In this document: in pieces, positions 1 through 10,977 of the stretch
How the letters are laid out: each line of letters opens with the position of its first letter
Numbering within the stretch: the stretch's first letter is position 1
From: an uncultured Chloroflexia bacterium
Lineage (GTDB): Bacteria; Chloroflexota; Anaerolineae; CG2-30-64-16
Direction of reading: 5' to 3'
Length of the DNA: 64,000 bases
NCBI GenBank assembly: GCA_963810095.1
Contig: CAWEMM010000006.1
Span: 960,001-1,024,000, forward strand
The notes under the pieces: generated by a model
The model's database searches: none
The model's input: the letters and a program-made list of their open reading frames with translations, nothing else
What the model was told of the DNA's origin: nothing
Position numbers and translations under genes: made by a program

Positions 1-468
1 CTAAAGGCGCTCAACCATTTTCACCGGCTGGAAGGGCAAACCCTCGAGGAAGTGCAGTCTCAGGTGGCACGCGAGCTGCGGCTGTGCCTTGCCGGTGGGT
101 CGCATTCGGTCTACCTCGCGACGGGGCCGGGCGGGGAAATCGCCGGCTACGCCAACGTCCACTGGTTGCCTTACCTCTTCCTGCCCGGTCCGGAAGGCTA
201 CGTCTCCGAGTTGTTCGTCGCCGAAGCGGCCCGCGGGCAGGGGATCGGCAGTGCGCTGCTGGATGCGGTGCAGGATGAGGCGCGGCGGCGCGGCTGCGCT
301 CGGCTGTCGCTGCTCAACATGCGCGGGCGCGAGTCGTATGCGCGCGGTTTCTACGCCAAGGCCGGCTGGACCGAACGGGACGACGCGGCCAACTTCGTCC
401 TCGACTTCAGGGAGCCCTATTTCGGGCTCGGTCGGAGACCGGCCAGAGCATTCGCTTGCGTGGTTTAG
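1..468 (+). CDS. GNAT family N-acetyltransferase (5' truncated by window)
   Basis: Frame is open from base 1; acetyl-CoA motif ELFVAEAARGQGIG and FYAKAGW. Confidence 0.85.
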   Translation, partial: LKALNHFHRLEGQTLEEVQSQVARELRLCLAGGSHSVYLATGPGGEIAGYANVHWLPYLFLPGPEGYVSELFVAEAARGQGIGSALLDAVQDEARRRGCARLSLLNMRGRESYARGFYAKAGWTERDDAANFVLDFREPYFGLGRRPARAFACVV

Positions 469-477
469 GGGCAGCCG

Positions 478-2766
478 TCAGCGCACGCCCACGCTGCTGT
501 AGCGCGCCAGCCAGAACCGCTTGCCATCCGAGATCACCTCGACCGCCGCGCGGGGATCGACACGCGTCACGCCAATTTCGCCCTGCAAGTACTCCACAAC
601 GTCGGGCGGATAGGTCGTCTCCAGGGGCCAGAGGACAAGCTGCGGCCGTGCTGCGCTCAGGTAGGGCACGCCCGGCCACACGCCCGTGCCGGGCCCGGCC
701 GCCTTGAGCACCGAGACAGGCGGCAGCGCCCCAAGGCTGTCCTGCGCACTGGTGGGCAGCGTCGATGGCAGCAGCAGGGTCAGCTCGCCGAACCGGAGCA
801 GGAGCGCGGGCGCGCCGCTCGTCCCGAGCCGCGTCAGCTGCAGCCCGTCGCCCAGCGCCACCGTGCTCCCGGGGGCCAGCCCGGCGAGATCGATGCAGGC
901 GCGCTGCGCCCAGGGGTTGGCGTCGCAGCGCGCCAGTACAACATCCGGCTCTCCCCGCACCCAGCCTCCCGCGCGCGTGGCCTCGACCAACGCCCCGCCA
1001 TCCCCGCGGCCATCCCAAAGCCAGGCCGTCCGGCCCGACGGCGCGACGATCACCGCAGCCTCCGTGTCGCCGGCCGGGACGAAGACGACGTGCAACTTCC
1101 CGTCGGGCTGGGCGCGCCAGACAAAAAAGACCAGGCAGGCGGGGACTGCGAATGCGGCGCTCCAGGCAAGCGCGCGCCGCATGTCGGGCTGTCGTCGCAG
1201 CGTGCGTGCGATCCGCGGAAGGACGAGCGCGAAGAGGAGCAAAAGGTAGTAAGCCGCGACGATCCCGGGGCCGATCCGCCCGATCTCGAGCGACGCAAAG
1301 GGGATCGCCGCAGCCGCCCGCACCGCTGCAACGGTGTAGCTCAGGAAGAGCCAGGGGACGGTGGCCACCGCCTGCCCGAAAGGCTGCCAGGCTGCACCGG
1401 CAAGGAGGGCCGCAATGCCGCCCGCCAGGATGGGCGGCTGGACCGGGAGGACCAGGGCGTTTGCCAGCAGCGACACGGGTGACAGGCTGCCGAAATAGTG
1501 CAGGATCAACGGCAGCACGGCGGCCTGTGCGGCGACCGTAACGATCAGGGTGCCGTCCAACACTCCGGTCCAGCGCCGCGTCTCACCTGGCGGCAGGCGC
1601 CGGCGGAGAGCCGCCGCGACCGCGTTGCTGAGGGGCCGGCTGAGGAGAATCAGGCCCAGGCTCGTCATAAAGCTCAATTGGAACCCGATGTCCCACAGGG
1701 TCAGTGGGTTAAGAGCGAGCATGACGAGCCCCGCCGCGCACAAGGAGACATAGGCGGTGCCGCGGCGGCCGAAGAACACCGCACCGAGCCCGAGCAGGCC
1801 CATCACACCGGCGCGCAGCGCGGGCGGATCGGCGCCGACCAGGAGCACGTACAGCAGCACGAGCGGCGCGGCCGCCAGGGCCGCCCGGCGCCGCGAGAGC
1901 ACTCGGCCCAGTGCCGCCACCAGCGCGCCGGCCAGCAGCGCAATGTTGCTGCCCGAGATGACGATCAGGTGGGTCGTGCCCGTCGCCTTGAAGGCCGCAT
2001 TCACCTCGGTCGAGATGCCGCCCTCGATGCCGAGCACCATGCCATTGGTCAGGCTCGCGGCCGGGTCGGGCATGATCCGGCCGGTGACCCCCGCCCCGCG
2101 GCTCCTTATACCGTACAGGGCCCGCCAGAACGCCTGGCCACCGCCCGAAGCCAGCCGTGCAACCTGTGGGCGCCGGACGAGCGTGTGGATGCCGCGGGCA
2201 GCGAGGAAGCGGCGGTAGTCGAACTCGTCCGAGACGGGCGGCTCGAGCAAGAGCCCGTCGACCCGCAGCCGGTCGCCATAAGCATAGACGGGGTAGCGGG
2301 GCGCCTCGACCAGAGCCGTCCCCGAAACGGCAAGTTCCTGTCCGGCCACCAGCAGCCGCTCGACGGCCAGCTGGTAACGCGTGCCCTTGTCCTGCACGTC
2401 GGGGAACCCCACGACTTCGCCTTCGAGCGTCGCCCGCACGCCCGCCTCAGACTGGTAGTAAGCCAGGTCGTGCGCCGACCAGCAGCGCTCGAACGGGTCC
2501 GCCGTGTAGCGCCAGAGGCCCAGGATGACGAAGAGCGCGATCGCGGCGGCCAGCGCACCGGGGGCGTGACGGCGCAAGAGGATTAGTAAAGCGAAAACGG
2601 ATGCCACGAGCGAGGGAAAAAGCCAGCCGGGCACAGCGCAGGCGAGGACACCCTCCGACCGAAGGACGTGACCGGCGAGGATGCCGACAGTGAAGCCAAC
2701 CGCGAGATAAACGAGGGCCATGGCAAGGGGGCGACGCTGCCGCGTTGACGTGCCACGCCAAGCCAT
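478..2766 (-). CDS. comEC: ComEC/Rec2 DNA uptake competence protein
   Basis: N-terminal TMs and OB-like domain; competence domain motifs GTTHLIVISGSNI and GFQLSF; degenerate C-terminal beta-lactamase-like domain. Confidence 0.9.
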   Translation of the reverse strand: MAWRGTSTRQRRPLAMALVYLAVGFTVGILAGHVLRSEGVLACAVPGWLFPSLVASVFALLILLRRHAPGALAAAIALFVILGLWRYTADPFERCWSAHDLAYYQSEAGVRATLEGEVVGFPDVQDKGTRYQLAVERLLVAGQELAVSGTALVEAPRYPVYAYGDRLRVDGLLLEPPVSDEFDYRRFLAARGIHTLVRRPQVARLASGGGQAFWRALYGIRSRGAGVTGRIMPDPAASLTNGMVLGIEGGISTEVNAAFKATGTTHLIVISGSNIALLAGALVAALGRVLSRRRAALAAAPLVLLYVLLVGADPPALRAGVMGLLGLGAVFFGRRGTAYVSLCAAGLVMLALNPLTLWDIGFQLSFMTSLGLILLSRPLSNAVAAALRRRLPPGETRRWTGVLDGTLIVTVAAQAAVLPLILHYFGSLSPVSLLANALVLPVQPPILAGGIAALLAGAAWQPFGQAVATVPWLFLSYTVAAVRAAAAIPFASLEIGRIGPGIVAAYYLLLLFALVLPRIARTLRRQPDMRRALAWSAAFAVPACLVFFVWRAQPDGKLHVVFVPAGDTEAAVIVAPSGRTAWLWDGRGDGGALVEATRAGGWVRGEPDVVLARCDANPWAQRACIDLAGLAPGSTVALGDGLQLTRLGTSGAPALLLRFGELTLLLPSTLPTSAQDSLGALPPVSVLKAAGPGTGVWPGVPYLSAARPQLVLWPLETTYPPDVVEYLQGEIGVTRVDPRAAVEVISDGKRFWLARYSSVGVR

Positions 2767-2820
2767 TTTACCGCCAGTTGAAAGGCGCTACAAGAGGCGC
2801 TATACTACGCTGGTTGTTGC

Positions 2821-2902
2821 TAACCACTAAGAACCGAAGAAATGAAGGATCACAAAGTCTCGATAGCTTTACCACTTCGCGATGCTTTGATTCTTCATGT
2901 GA
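2821..2902. repeat. Periodic imperfect palindrome (AAGAACCGAAG/CACAAAG family)
   Basis: Shares AAGAACCGAAG and the ~8-bp periodic ..GAAG/..AAAG units with 61429-61489. Confidence 0.45.
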
Positions 2903-2928
2903 ACATAGCCCACATCTGGAGACCACCT

Positions 2929-5249
2929 ATGTCCGACGACGGCAGCTACATCCCCAAGGTCCATCGCGTTCATATGATGCTGGGCGCCTACCCGATCCTC
3001 GGCGACGTGATGCGCGAGCGCATGCGTGAGGAACTGTTCCGCCGCGGCATTGTCACCCGCAAGCGCTTCGAGGATGAGGTCCGCGAGCGGGCCGTCGCTT
3101 CGCAGCGCCGCGAAGGGGTGCTCAACCCCTACCAGGACGAACCGTCTGACGTCTGGGAGCGCCGCCTGACGAAAATCCGCGATAACCTGACCGAGTTCTA
3201 TTGGGCCTACAACCTCAGCCCACAGCTCTTCGAAGAGCTGGCCGGCGAGGTACTGAACCAGCGGCCGACTGCGGAGAAGGCGCTGACGTTCAACCCCGAA
3301 ATGGCCTCGATGGAAATCCTGTTTCAGCAGATGGAGAACTATACGAAGCTTTCGCCCGGCGAGCAAGCCGCGCGCGGCATAACATGCAGGAGACCAAGGT
3401 TGTCCTCATCAAGGCCCTGATCAGCGACGAACTGGATTTCGTGCGGGTGGCGAAGGAATACCTGAGCTACGAAGACCTGGTGTCGATTCGCAACCACCGG
3501 GTCGGTCGCGGCAAGATCGGGGGTAAGGCGGCCGGCCTGGTGCTCGCCTGGAAGATCTTGCAGGTCACGCTCGACCGTTTCTGCGACACATGCCAGCACA
3601 TCGACCTGGTGATGCCGGAAACGTACTTCGTCGGCGCGGACGTCAGCTACGAATTCCTCGAGGTGAACGACCTGGTCCGCTATTTGAACCAGAAGTACAA
3701 AAGCATGGACCAGATCGAGGGCGACTACCCCGAAGTCCAGGCGGCCTACGGTCGCGGGCGCTTCCCGACCGACGTCATCGACCGCCTGACGGGCGTCCTT
3801 AACGAGGTCGGCCCACGACCCATGATCGTGCGGTCGTCCAGCCTGCTCGAAGATAATTTCGGCTTGTCGTTCGCGGGCATGTACGAGAGCATCTTCTGCC
3901 CCAACCAGGGCACGCCCCAGGAGAACCTGGACGCGCTCCTCAAGGCTATCGCGCGGGTCTACGCCAGCGTCTATAACCCCGACGTTCTGCTCTATCGCAA
4001 ACAGCAGAAGGTGCTGGACTTCGACGAGCGCATGGCGATTCTGCTGCAAGTAGTTCAGGGCGAGCGCTATCGTGACCTTTACTTCCCCGCGGCTGCGGGC
4101 GTGGCCTACAGCCGCAACCCGTTTGTCTGGAACCCGAAGCTGCGCCGGGAGGACGGCTTCACGCGGCTGGTCGTCGGCCTGGGCACCCGGGCCGTCGATC
4201 GGGTGGGCGAGGACTACCCGCGCATGGTCGCACTCAGCCACCCGAACCTGCGACCGGAAGCCGGCGCGAAAGACATCAAGTACTACTCGCAGTATTACAT
4301 GGACGTGATTAACCTGACGACCAACCGGATCGAAACCCTGCCCGTACAGGAAGTGCTGGGCAGCGATTACCCCGGCCTGCGGCTGCTCGCATCGCTCGAC
4401 AACGGCGACTACGTCAGCCCGATGGTCTCCATCGACCGCAGCCTCGATCCCCGCTCGCTCGTCATTACTATGGAGTCGCTGCTGACGCAGACCAGGTTTG
4501 CGAGCGACCTGAAAACCGTGCTGAAGGCGCTCGAGTTCAGTTACAGCCACCCGGTCGACATCGAATTCACCGTGGAGATCGGCCAGGAGTATCCCAAGCC
4601 GTCCGTCAAGCTGCACCTGTTGCAGTGCCGGCCGCACAGTAACCCGAACGAGAACGAACGGGTGACCATCCCCGACCGGATTCCCGAGCAGGACATCATT
4701 TTTGCCACCACCCAGCTCGTGCCCACCGGCCTGGTGCGTCAAATCGCCTACGTCGTCTACGCGGAGCCGGAGATGTACGCCGCCGCCAATCCAAGCCAGA
4801 AACTCGAGCTGGCGCGGCTGATCGGCCGGATCAACCAGCGGCTGGAAGGCAAGACGTTTATCCTGATGGGACCGGGCCGGTGGGGCAGCTCGAATCCGGA
4901 CCTGGGGCTAAAGGTGGGCTACGCCGACTTCTATAACACCCGAGCGCTTGTAGAGATCGGCTGGGGCAAGGGCAAGAACCGGCCCACGCTCTCATACGGG
5001 ACGCACTTCTTCCAGGACCTTGTGGAATCGCACATCTACCCGTTAGCCGTGTTCCCGGGCGAAGCGGGCAATCCCTTCAAGGCCAGTTTCTTCGCCGGCG
5101 CGCTCAATGCGCTGCCGGCGCTCTTGCCCGGCGATTCGGCGTGGAGCGACTACGTCAAGGTCATCGATGTGCCGGCCACGACGGGCGGCCGGCTGCTCGA
5201 GCTCGTCATGAGCGGCGACGAAGGGCGCGCGGTGGCCTACTTGGGCTGA
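2929..5249 (+). CDS. PEP/pyruvate-binding (PPDK_N ATP-grasp) domain protein, frameshifted near 3370
   Basis: ORFs 2842-3420 and 3201-5249 join; motifs IGGKA, VRSSSLLED, FAGMYES, DIEF, LLQCRP; no phospho-His domain seen. Confidence 0.85.
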
Positions 5250-5575
5250 CGCGGCGGCAAGCCGGTCACCGGGAGCAGGGCCGCCAACACCTTTCGTTCG
5301 TCGCTCAGGTCGCCGACGACGCTGGTGCGCGCGCCCGGCGCCAGGCGTACTAGCGTCGGCGTCACCAGGACGTTGTCGCTCAGCGCACGCAGCGGCTCTC
5401 TGAGGACGTCGACGATTTCCAGGCGGTAGCGGTCTCCGAAGTGCGCGGCGCAGAGCGCCCGCAGATTCTCGACTGCCCGCATCGAATTAGGCGCCACGCC
5501 CGTGATGTAGAGCCGCACGACCAACTCGCCTTCCTCAAGGCCGTCCGCGGGCGGTGAGGGATCCACGGGCCTCAT
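5237..5575 (-). CDS. kaiB: KaiB family circadian clock protein
   Basis: RLYITG..PNSMRAVENL...LEIVDVL..P...VLVTPTLVR; ATG overlaps the kaiC stop. Confidence 0.9.
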   Translation of the reverse strand: MRPVDPSPPADGLEEGELVVRLYITGVAPNSMRAVENLRALCAAHFGDRYRLEIVDVLREPLRALSDNVLVTPTLVRLAPGARTSVVGDLSDERKVLAALLPVTGLPPRQPK

Positions 5576-7266
5576 GACGGCCTCACCGCGTCGCTGCGCC
5601 GACGGCGCAGCTTCTCCGTCTCCTCTGCTTTGCCGGCGCTGCTGCTCAGGTCATGCTCCCGCTCCAGTTGGCTGAGCTCCGCGGCGCGCGCCTCAGCCTC
5701 GCGGCTGAGCACTTCGATGCGTGCATTTGCCTCGATGACCGCTAGCTCGAGTCTCGCGACGTTTGCGCTCGAGCTCAGACTGCCGTCGTATGCCCTCGTT
5801 TCGTTCCTGCAGCTCGCGCTCCCAGCGCAGCGTGCCCATCAAGACCGCGCCGCCGACTGAATAGACGTCTGACAGGGTGATGCCCTCGCCGGTCAAAATC
5901 AGCTCGCGCACCTGGTTCGAATGACTCGTGCCGCGCGACTTGATGATCGTGAGCGCCCGGTTGCGTTCGCCACCTTGGACGAGATAGGAAAGGTGGATCC
6001 ATGTGTCGGCAATCGTGGAGATCGCGAGCGGCGAACTCTCCTGCGACGGGTCCGAGCCCTCCAGCAAGCTCGTAAACACGGAAGTGATCCCGGAGGCTTT
6101 TGTCAGCGCCAGGAGGCGGCTGGCAACGCTCAGCGCATTCAGATGCCCTCCCGCCTTGATCATCGCCGATAACGGATCGACCACGAGGCAGCGGGGCTCG
6201 TGATTGCGGATGATGTTGCGGAGCTGGATCAGGTGTTCCTCGGCCGTACCCGTTTCCGTCCGGTCCGCATACAGGCAGAGCAGGCCGCTGTCGACGTATT
6301 GCTGCAGCTCCACGTTGATCGAAGCCATGTTGCGCACGATTTCGGCAGTTGCCTCGTCGAAGCTGATTAGCACGGTGCGCTCGCCCCGGGCGCATGCCGC
6401 GGCCGCAAAGCATGCGGCGAGCGATGACTTCGCCGTCCCCGGCGCCCCGGTGATTAGCACGCTCGTCCCCCGCAGGTATCCGCCGCCGAACATGGTGTCC
6501 AGTCGCTCGACCCCGGTCGAAATCCGCTCGGTCGACACCTGCACTTCGGGCGCGTCCATCCCGAACGCGGCAACCTCGATCCCCGTTTGGCCGATGACGA
6601 AAGGAAACTCATTGCCCCGGAAGCTAGAGCCGCGGTATTTCAAGACGCGGAGCTCGCGCAGGGCCACACGCTCCGTCATCGCGCGTTGCCAGCTGCACGG
6701 TGCAGTCCGTCGTATACTGGATGAAGCCGAAGCGCTGCGTGTCGGGCGAGGTCAGAGGGTCGCCCCGGGTGGTGATGATGCCAGTCAGCCCGGTGCGATT
6801 CAGCCACTCGTGCAGCCGGTAGATCTCCTGCCGCTCACTCAGCGGATCGTTCATCAGCGTGAGCAGCACGTCGATCGAGTCGAACACGACGCGCCGTGCG
6901 CCCATCTCGCTGCGCCTTGGCGTCGAGGCTCGCCAGCATCCCTGCCAGGTCGAACGGACCGGCGCGAACGGTGTCCACCGACATCCGCGCATCCAGAAAG
7001 AAAAGCCGGTTCTTCGCCAGCTCGTCCAGGTCCCAGCCGAACGAGGCCGCATTCGTGATGATCTGCTCCGAGTTCTCCTCGAACGCGACGAAGATACCCG
7101 GCTCCTGCCACTGCCTGGCGCCGTTCACCAGCGTCTGCAGCGCGAAGACCGTCTTGCCGCTCCCCGGTGCGCCGATAATGAGCGAGGTCCGGCCCCGCGG
7201 CAGCCCCCCGAACGTAATCTCATCGAACCCCTCGATGCCGGTCGGCGCTTTTTCGAATTCGTGCAT
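5572..7266 (-). CDS. kaiC: KaiC double-domain ATPase (three apparent frameshifts, ~6910, ~6680, ~5750)
   Basis: KAPTGIEGFDEIT.GGLP.GR, Walker A GAPGSGKT, FEE; second domain ISTGVERLD, GAPGTAKS, ISTIADT, KSRGTSHSNQVRE; C-terminal coiled coil ends in TGA at 5572-5574. Confidence 0.9.
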
Positions 7267-7279
7267 GCAGCGCACCTCT

Positions 7280-8697
7280 CTATTGGCGGCCCCCGTTGGC
7301 ACACGGCGGCTGATGCGGTGAAGTGTCGGTATCACCAGCGAATGGAACGAAGACCGTAACGCGGGTCCCTTGCCCGGGGCCGGTGTCGAGGTCAAACCGG
7401 GCGCCCAACTCCAGTGCCCGTTCGCGCATGGACTGCAAGCCGTAGTGCCCCGGCCGCAGGTGTCCCGGCTCAAACCCGATCCCGTCGTCCGCGATCTCCA
7501 GCCGCAATCCCCCCTGCACTGCGGCAAGCCGGAGGCCCACCTGATTGGCCCGCGCGTGCTTCAACGCATTGTGCAGCGCCTCGCGCGCGATTCCGTACAG
7601 GGCTTCCTTGCAGGCCGCCCCCAAGGCCGGCTCCTCGCAGAGACTCGTGGTCACCGCCAGGCCGTGTCGCTGCCGCAGAAACTGCGCTCGCTCGAGCAGC
7701 GCGTTGACAAGCCCGTTGCGCTTAATCGAATCGTCGCGAAGGTCAAACAACAAGGCTCGCAAATCGGCTTGCGCCGCGCCGGTAAGAACCTGGACGTTGT
7801 CCAGGGCGCGTTCGACCCGGCCGAGGTCCTTGTGGAGGTTCGCCTTGCCCGCCGTGACGGCCAGGATGATCGCATACAGGGCCTGGGATACCGAGTCGTG
7901 CAGGTCCCGTGCCAGGCGATTGCGCTCCTGGAGCGCGGCGGCCTGGCGTACCTGCTCGTACAGATGCACCCGCTCGAGCACGGCCGCACTTTGTTGGGCG
8001 AGCACCAGCATGAACGCCCGGTCGGCGATCGGCAAGGGCTGCGGAACGTCGAACCGGAAGCCCAACACACCCAGCACCCGACCCTCCGCAATCAACGGGA
8101 TCACCGCCAAGGCCCCGGCCTCGCTCCACCCGGGAGTCGCCCACGACGCGTACCGCCCGCGCAGGTCGCCCGGCGTCTCAATCCACAGCGATTGCGCCGT
8201 GGCTGCGACCTCTCCGAACGGCGACGAGTCGTCGAGCGCGACCGGCCCCATGGGGGGGCCGTCGCCCCCCGGTACGACGACCGGCTCGAGGGTCCCGCCA
8301 TCGACCACCAGCAGCATCACGCCGGCGTCGGCCCCCAGCGCCGGCAGCGCCTGATCGATGACCACATGAGCGGCCTGCGACTGGGTCGAGTGCAACCGAC
8401 AACGTCGTATTGATTGCGTAGAGCCGGGTGGTCCGCTCGGCCGACCAAATGAGGGTGTCCGCTTCGGGCGGGCCGGCGAGGGGTGGCTGGCCGGTCGGAC
8501 CCTCGCCAAGCTCCGTCGCGCTCAGCCGTTCCTCGAGCTGGGCGAGGGTCGCACGCAAGACGCGCAATGTCCTCGGCAGCCATAGAGCGCGGGGCCTCGC
8601 TCGAGGCGCCAAGTGCATCGTACAGCGCGAGTGCTTGCGCGTTGAGGGCGCCGACCTGGCGGCGGATCGAATCCTGATCCACGACAAATCCCAACAA
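7280..8697 (-). CDS. GAF-domain HisKA_3 (NarX-like) sensor histidine kinase, frameshifted in the N-terminal part
   Basis: H-box ERNRLARDLHDSVSQ, N-box EALHNALKHA, DDGIGF, GHYGL; preceding GAF domain; start uncertain. Confidence 0.85.
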
Positions 8698-8828
8698 ACT
8701 TTAGCGATAGCTATCGACAACCACTTTTCCACAGTGTATGCGCGCCGCGAGTGAAATGCAAGGGGCATTTGCGGTATACTAGCGCTTACGGGATCTTCGA
8801 GCTCCGAGCACAGTAGGATGTGGGGACA

Positions 8829-10121
8829 ATGGGACAGACTGTCGAACTTACGCTGGATGCCATCGCCCACGGCGGCGAGGCCATCGGCAGGTATGCCGGC
8901 AAGAGCATTTTCGTGCCTTACGCCATACCGGGCGAGCAGGTGCAAGTGGAAATCGTCGAAGAAAAGGAACGCTGGGGCCGCGCCCGCCTGCTGAAGGTCC
9001 TGCGCGCCAGCCCGGATCGGGTCGAACCGCCCTGCCCTTACTTCGGGCCCGACAAGTGCGGCGGCTGCCAGTGGCAGCACATCGCCTACCCCCGGCAGGC
9101 CGAGCTGAAACAGGCGATCGTGGCCGATCAACTCCGCCGGCTCGGCCGCATTGGGCAGCCGAACGTCGCAGACACGGTCGCGCTCGGCCGACCCGGAAGC
9201 CGGGGGGGACGAGGTCGCCTACCTGGCGTATGGCTACCGCAACCAGATCGAGTTTGCGGTTGCTGGCGGGCAGACCGCCCTTCGCCGCACCGACGGTCAC
9301 TCACCCATTCCGGTCGACTTCTGCCTGCTGGTCGACGACCGCATCGACCAACTCCACACCGCGCTTCAGGTCGACTATCCTGAGCTGTCCGCCATCCGGA
9401 TTCGGGCCGGCGAGAGCACGGACGACGCCCTGGTTCTGTTCGACGTCGGGGCCGGACCCTCTGCCGCGGACGCGCCCGAGATCGAGATTCGACCTGCCGG
9501 CCGCGGTGGCGCTGCGCGGCGAACGCGGCGTCCAGCCGCTCATCGGCGACCCGTTCGTCTCGGAAACGATCAACGGCTTCTCCTATCGTATCTCAGCCCT
9601 GAGCTACTTCCCACCCAACAGCGCGGGAGCCGCGGCGCTGGTCGACGTGGTGCTCGGGTACGCGAATGTTCGGCCGGGCGACGCAGTTCTCGACGCGTAT
9701 TGCAGCGTTGGGCTCTTCTCCATCCCGCTGGCAGATGCGGGCGCGGCCGTGACGGGCGTCGAATCGAACGCGGCGGCGTGCGAGGACTTCGCAGCCAACG
9801 CGGCCGCGCTGCCCCGAGCGCGCCAACCTCGAGCTGCACGAAGGCACGGTGGAAGAGGTGTTGCCCATCCTCGCCGCCGCAGAACAGCGCTTCCAGGTCG
9901 TCATCCTCGACCCGCCGCGCACCGGGGCCGGCCCCGACGTCCTGCGCCTGATTGCCGGCCTCGAGCCGCTGCGGGTGGTCTATGTCGCAAGCGACCCCGC
10001 CAGCCTGGCCCGCGACGGGCTGCACCTGACTGCGCTGGGCTATCACCTCGTCGAGGCCCAACCCATCGACCTTCAGCCGCAGACCTTCCGCGTCGACACG
10101 GTCGCGCTCTGGGAACGCTAG
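8829..10121 (+). CDS. rlmD: 23S rRNA (uracil-C5)-methyltransferase RlmD/TrmA family, several frameshifts
   Basis: TRAM domain; CPYF..CGGCQWQH Fe-S motif; LDAYCSVG; LDPPRTG; fragments in three frames. Confidence 0.85.
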
Positions 10122-10127
10122 AGCATT

Positions 10128-10209
10128 GGACGCAGACTTAACCGCTCGAACAGATTAATCCTTGCTTGAAGAATCATGCGGATCAGTTGGATCAGTTCAA
10201 TCTGCGTCC
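10128..10209. repeat. Palindromic mini-element, family A (CTGAT/ATCAG 9-bp periodic), copy 1
   Basis: Terminal IR GGACGCAGA...TCTGCGTCC; periodic ATCAGTTGG ATCAGTTCA ATCTG. Confidence 0.75.
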
Positions 10210-10241
10210 TGTTCCCCGACTCGTGGAATCACAGGCGTTAT

Positions 10242-10270
10242 TTGCCGCCCCCCTCCGACCGTGGTATACT
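10242..10270 (+). promoter_or_regulatory. Sigma70-type promoter of rpsO
   Basis: TTGCCG-N17-TATACT with extended -10 TG. Confidence 0.6.
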
Positions 10271-10347
10271 CCGTTCCGTTAACTGACTGAAACACTCGCC
10301 CCGGTATTCCAGCGGTGTTCCGGTTACATTCATCAAGGAGTGTTCCG

Positions 10348-10617
10348 ATGGGTCTTTCGACGATTGAGAAAAATGCCATCATCCAGGAATACCACGTGCA
10401 CGCCAGTGATACGGGGTCCCCTGAGGTGCAGGTGGCCATCCTCACGACGCGCATCAACGCGCTGATTGATCACTTGAAGACGCACAAGCACGATCAGTCT
10501 TCGCGGCGTGGTCTGTTGAAGCTGGTCGGCCAACGGCGCCGGCATCTGGCGTATTTGAGCAGCAAGAATCCGGACCGCTACCAGGAGCTGATTCAGCGCC
10601 TGGGCCTGCGCAAGTAA
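10348..10617 (+). CDS. rpsO: 30S ribosomal protein S15
   Basis: [38 protein letters not shown]; RBS AAGGAG. Confidence 0.97.
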   Translation: MGLSTIEKNAIIQEYHVHASDTGSPEVQVAILTTRINALIDHLKTHKHDQSSRRGLLKLVGQRRRHLAYLSSKNPDRYQELIQRLGLRK

Positions 10618-10776
10618 TTGCTGCATAAGCAGCGGGCAAGGCAAAGGTTCTGAACGTAGATCGTAAGCGTTCCCATTGACGAGTAGATGCGACTTGTCGT
10701 ATCTGCTCGTTTGTCGTTAAGCTTAGTCCGGTGCTCGGGCGGGGCTCAGCCTTGCCCCGGCGCCCTGGCAGACCGT

Positions 10777-10854
10777 GCCGGAAGGCGCAGGAATTGGGGA
10801 GTGAGGCGGAACACGGCGTTCCGAAGCACTCCCCAGTCCCTGAACCTCTCCGGC
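10777..10854 (+). promoter_or_regulatory. Long stem-loop in pnp leader (candidate RNase III processing site)
   Basis: GCCGGA..CAGG.ATTGGGGAGTG...CACTCCCCAGT.CCTG..TCCGGC imperfect hairpin. Confidence 0.5.
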
Positions 10855-10977
10855 TGATATCATCCAGGAGAAGCGCGCCTTGCCTTCTCCATTTACGGCA
10901 ACCCCTGGGGTCCCAGGGGGCCCCTGGCGTACCCAGGGGGCGTCCTGGCACGGCCAGGAGAGAGGTTCCAGTCCTAG

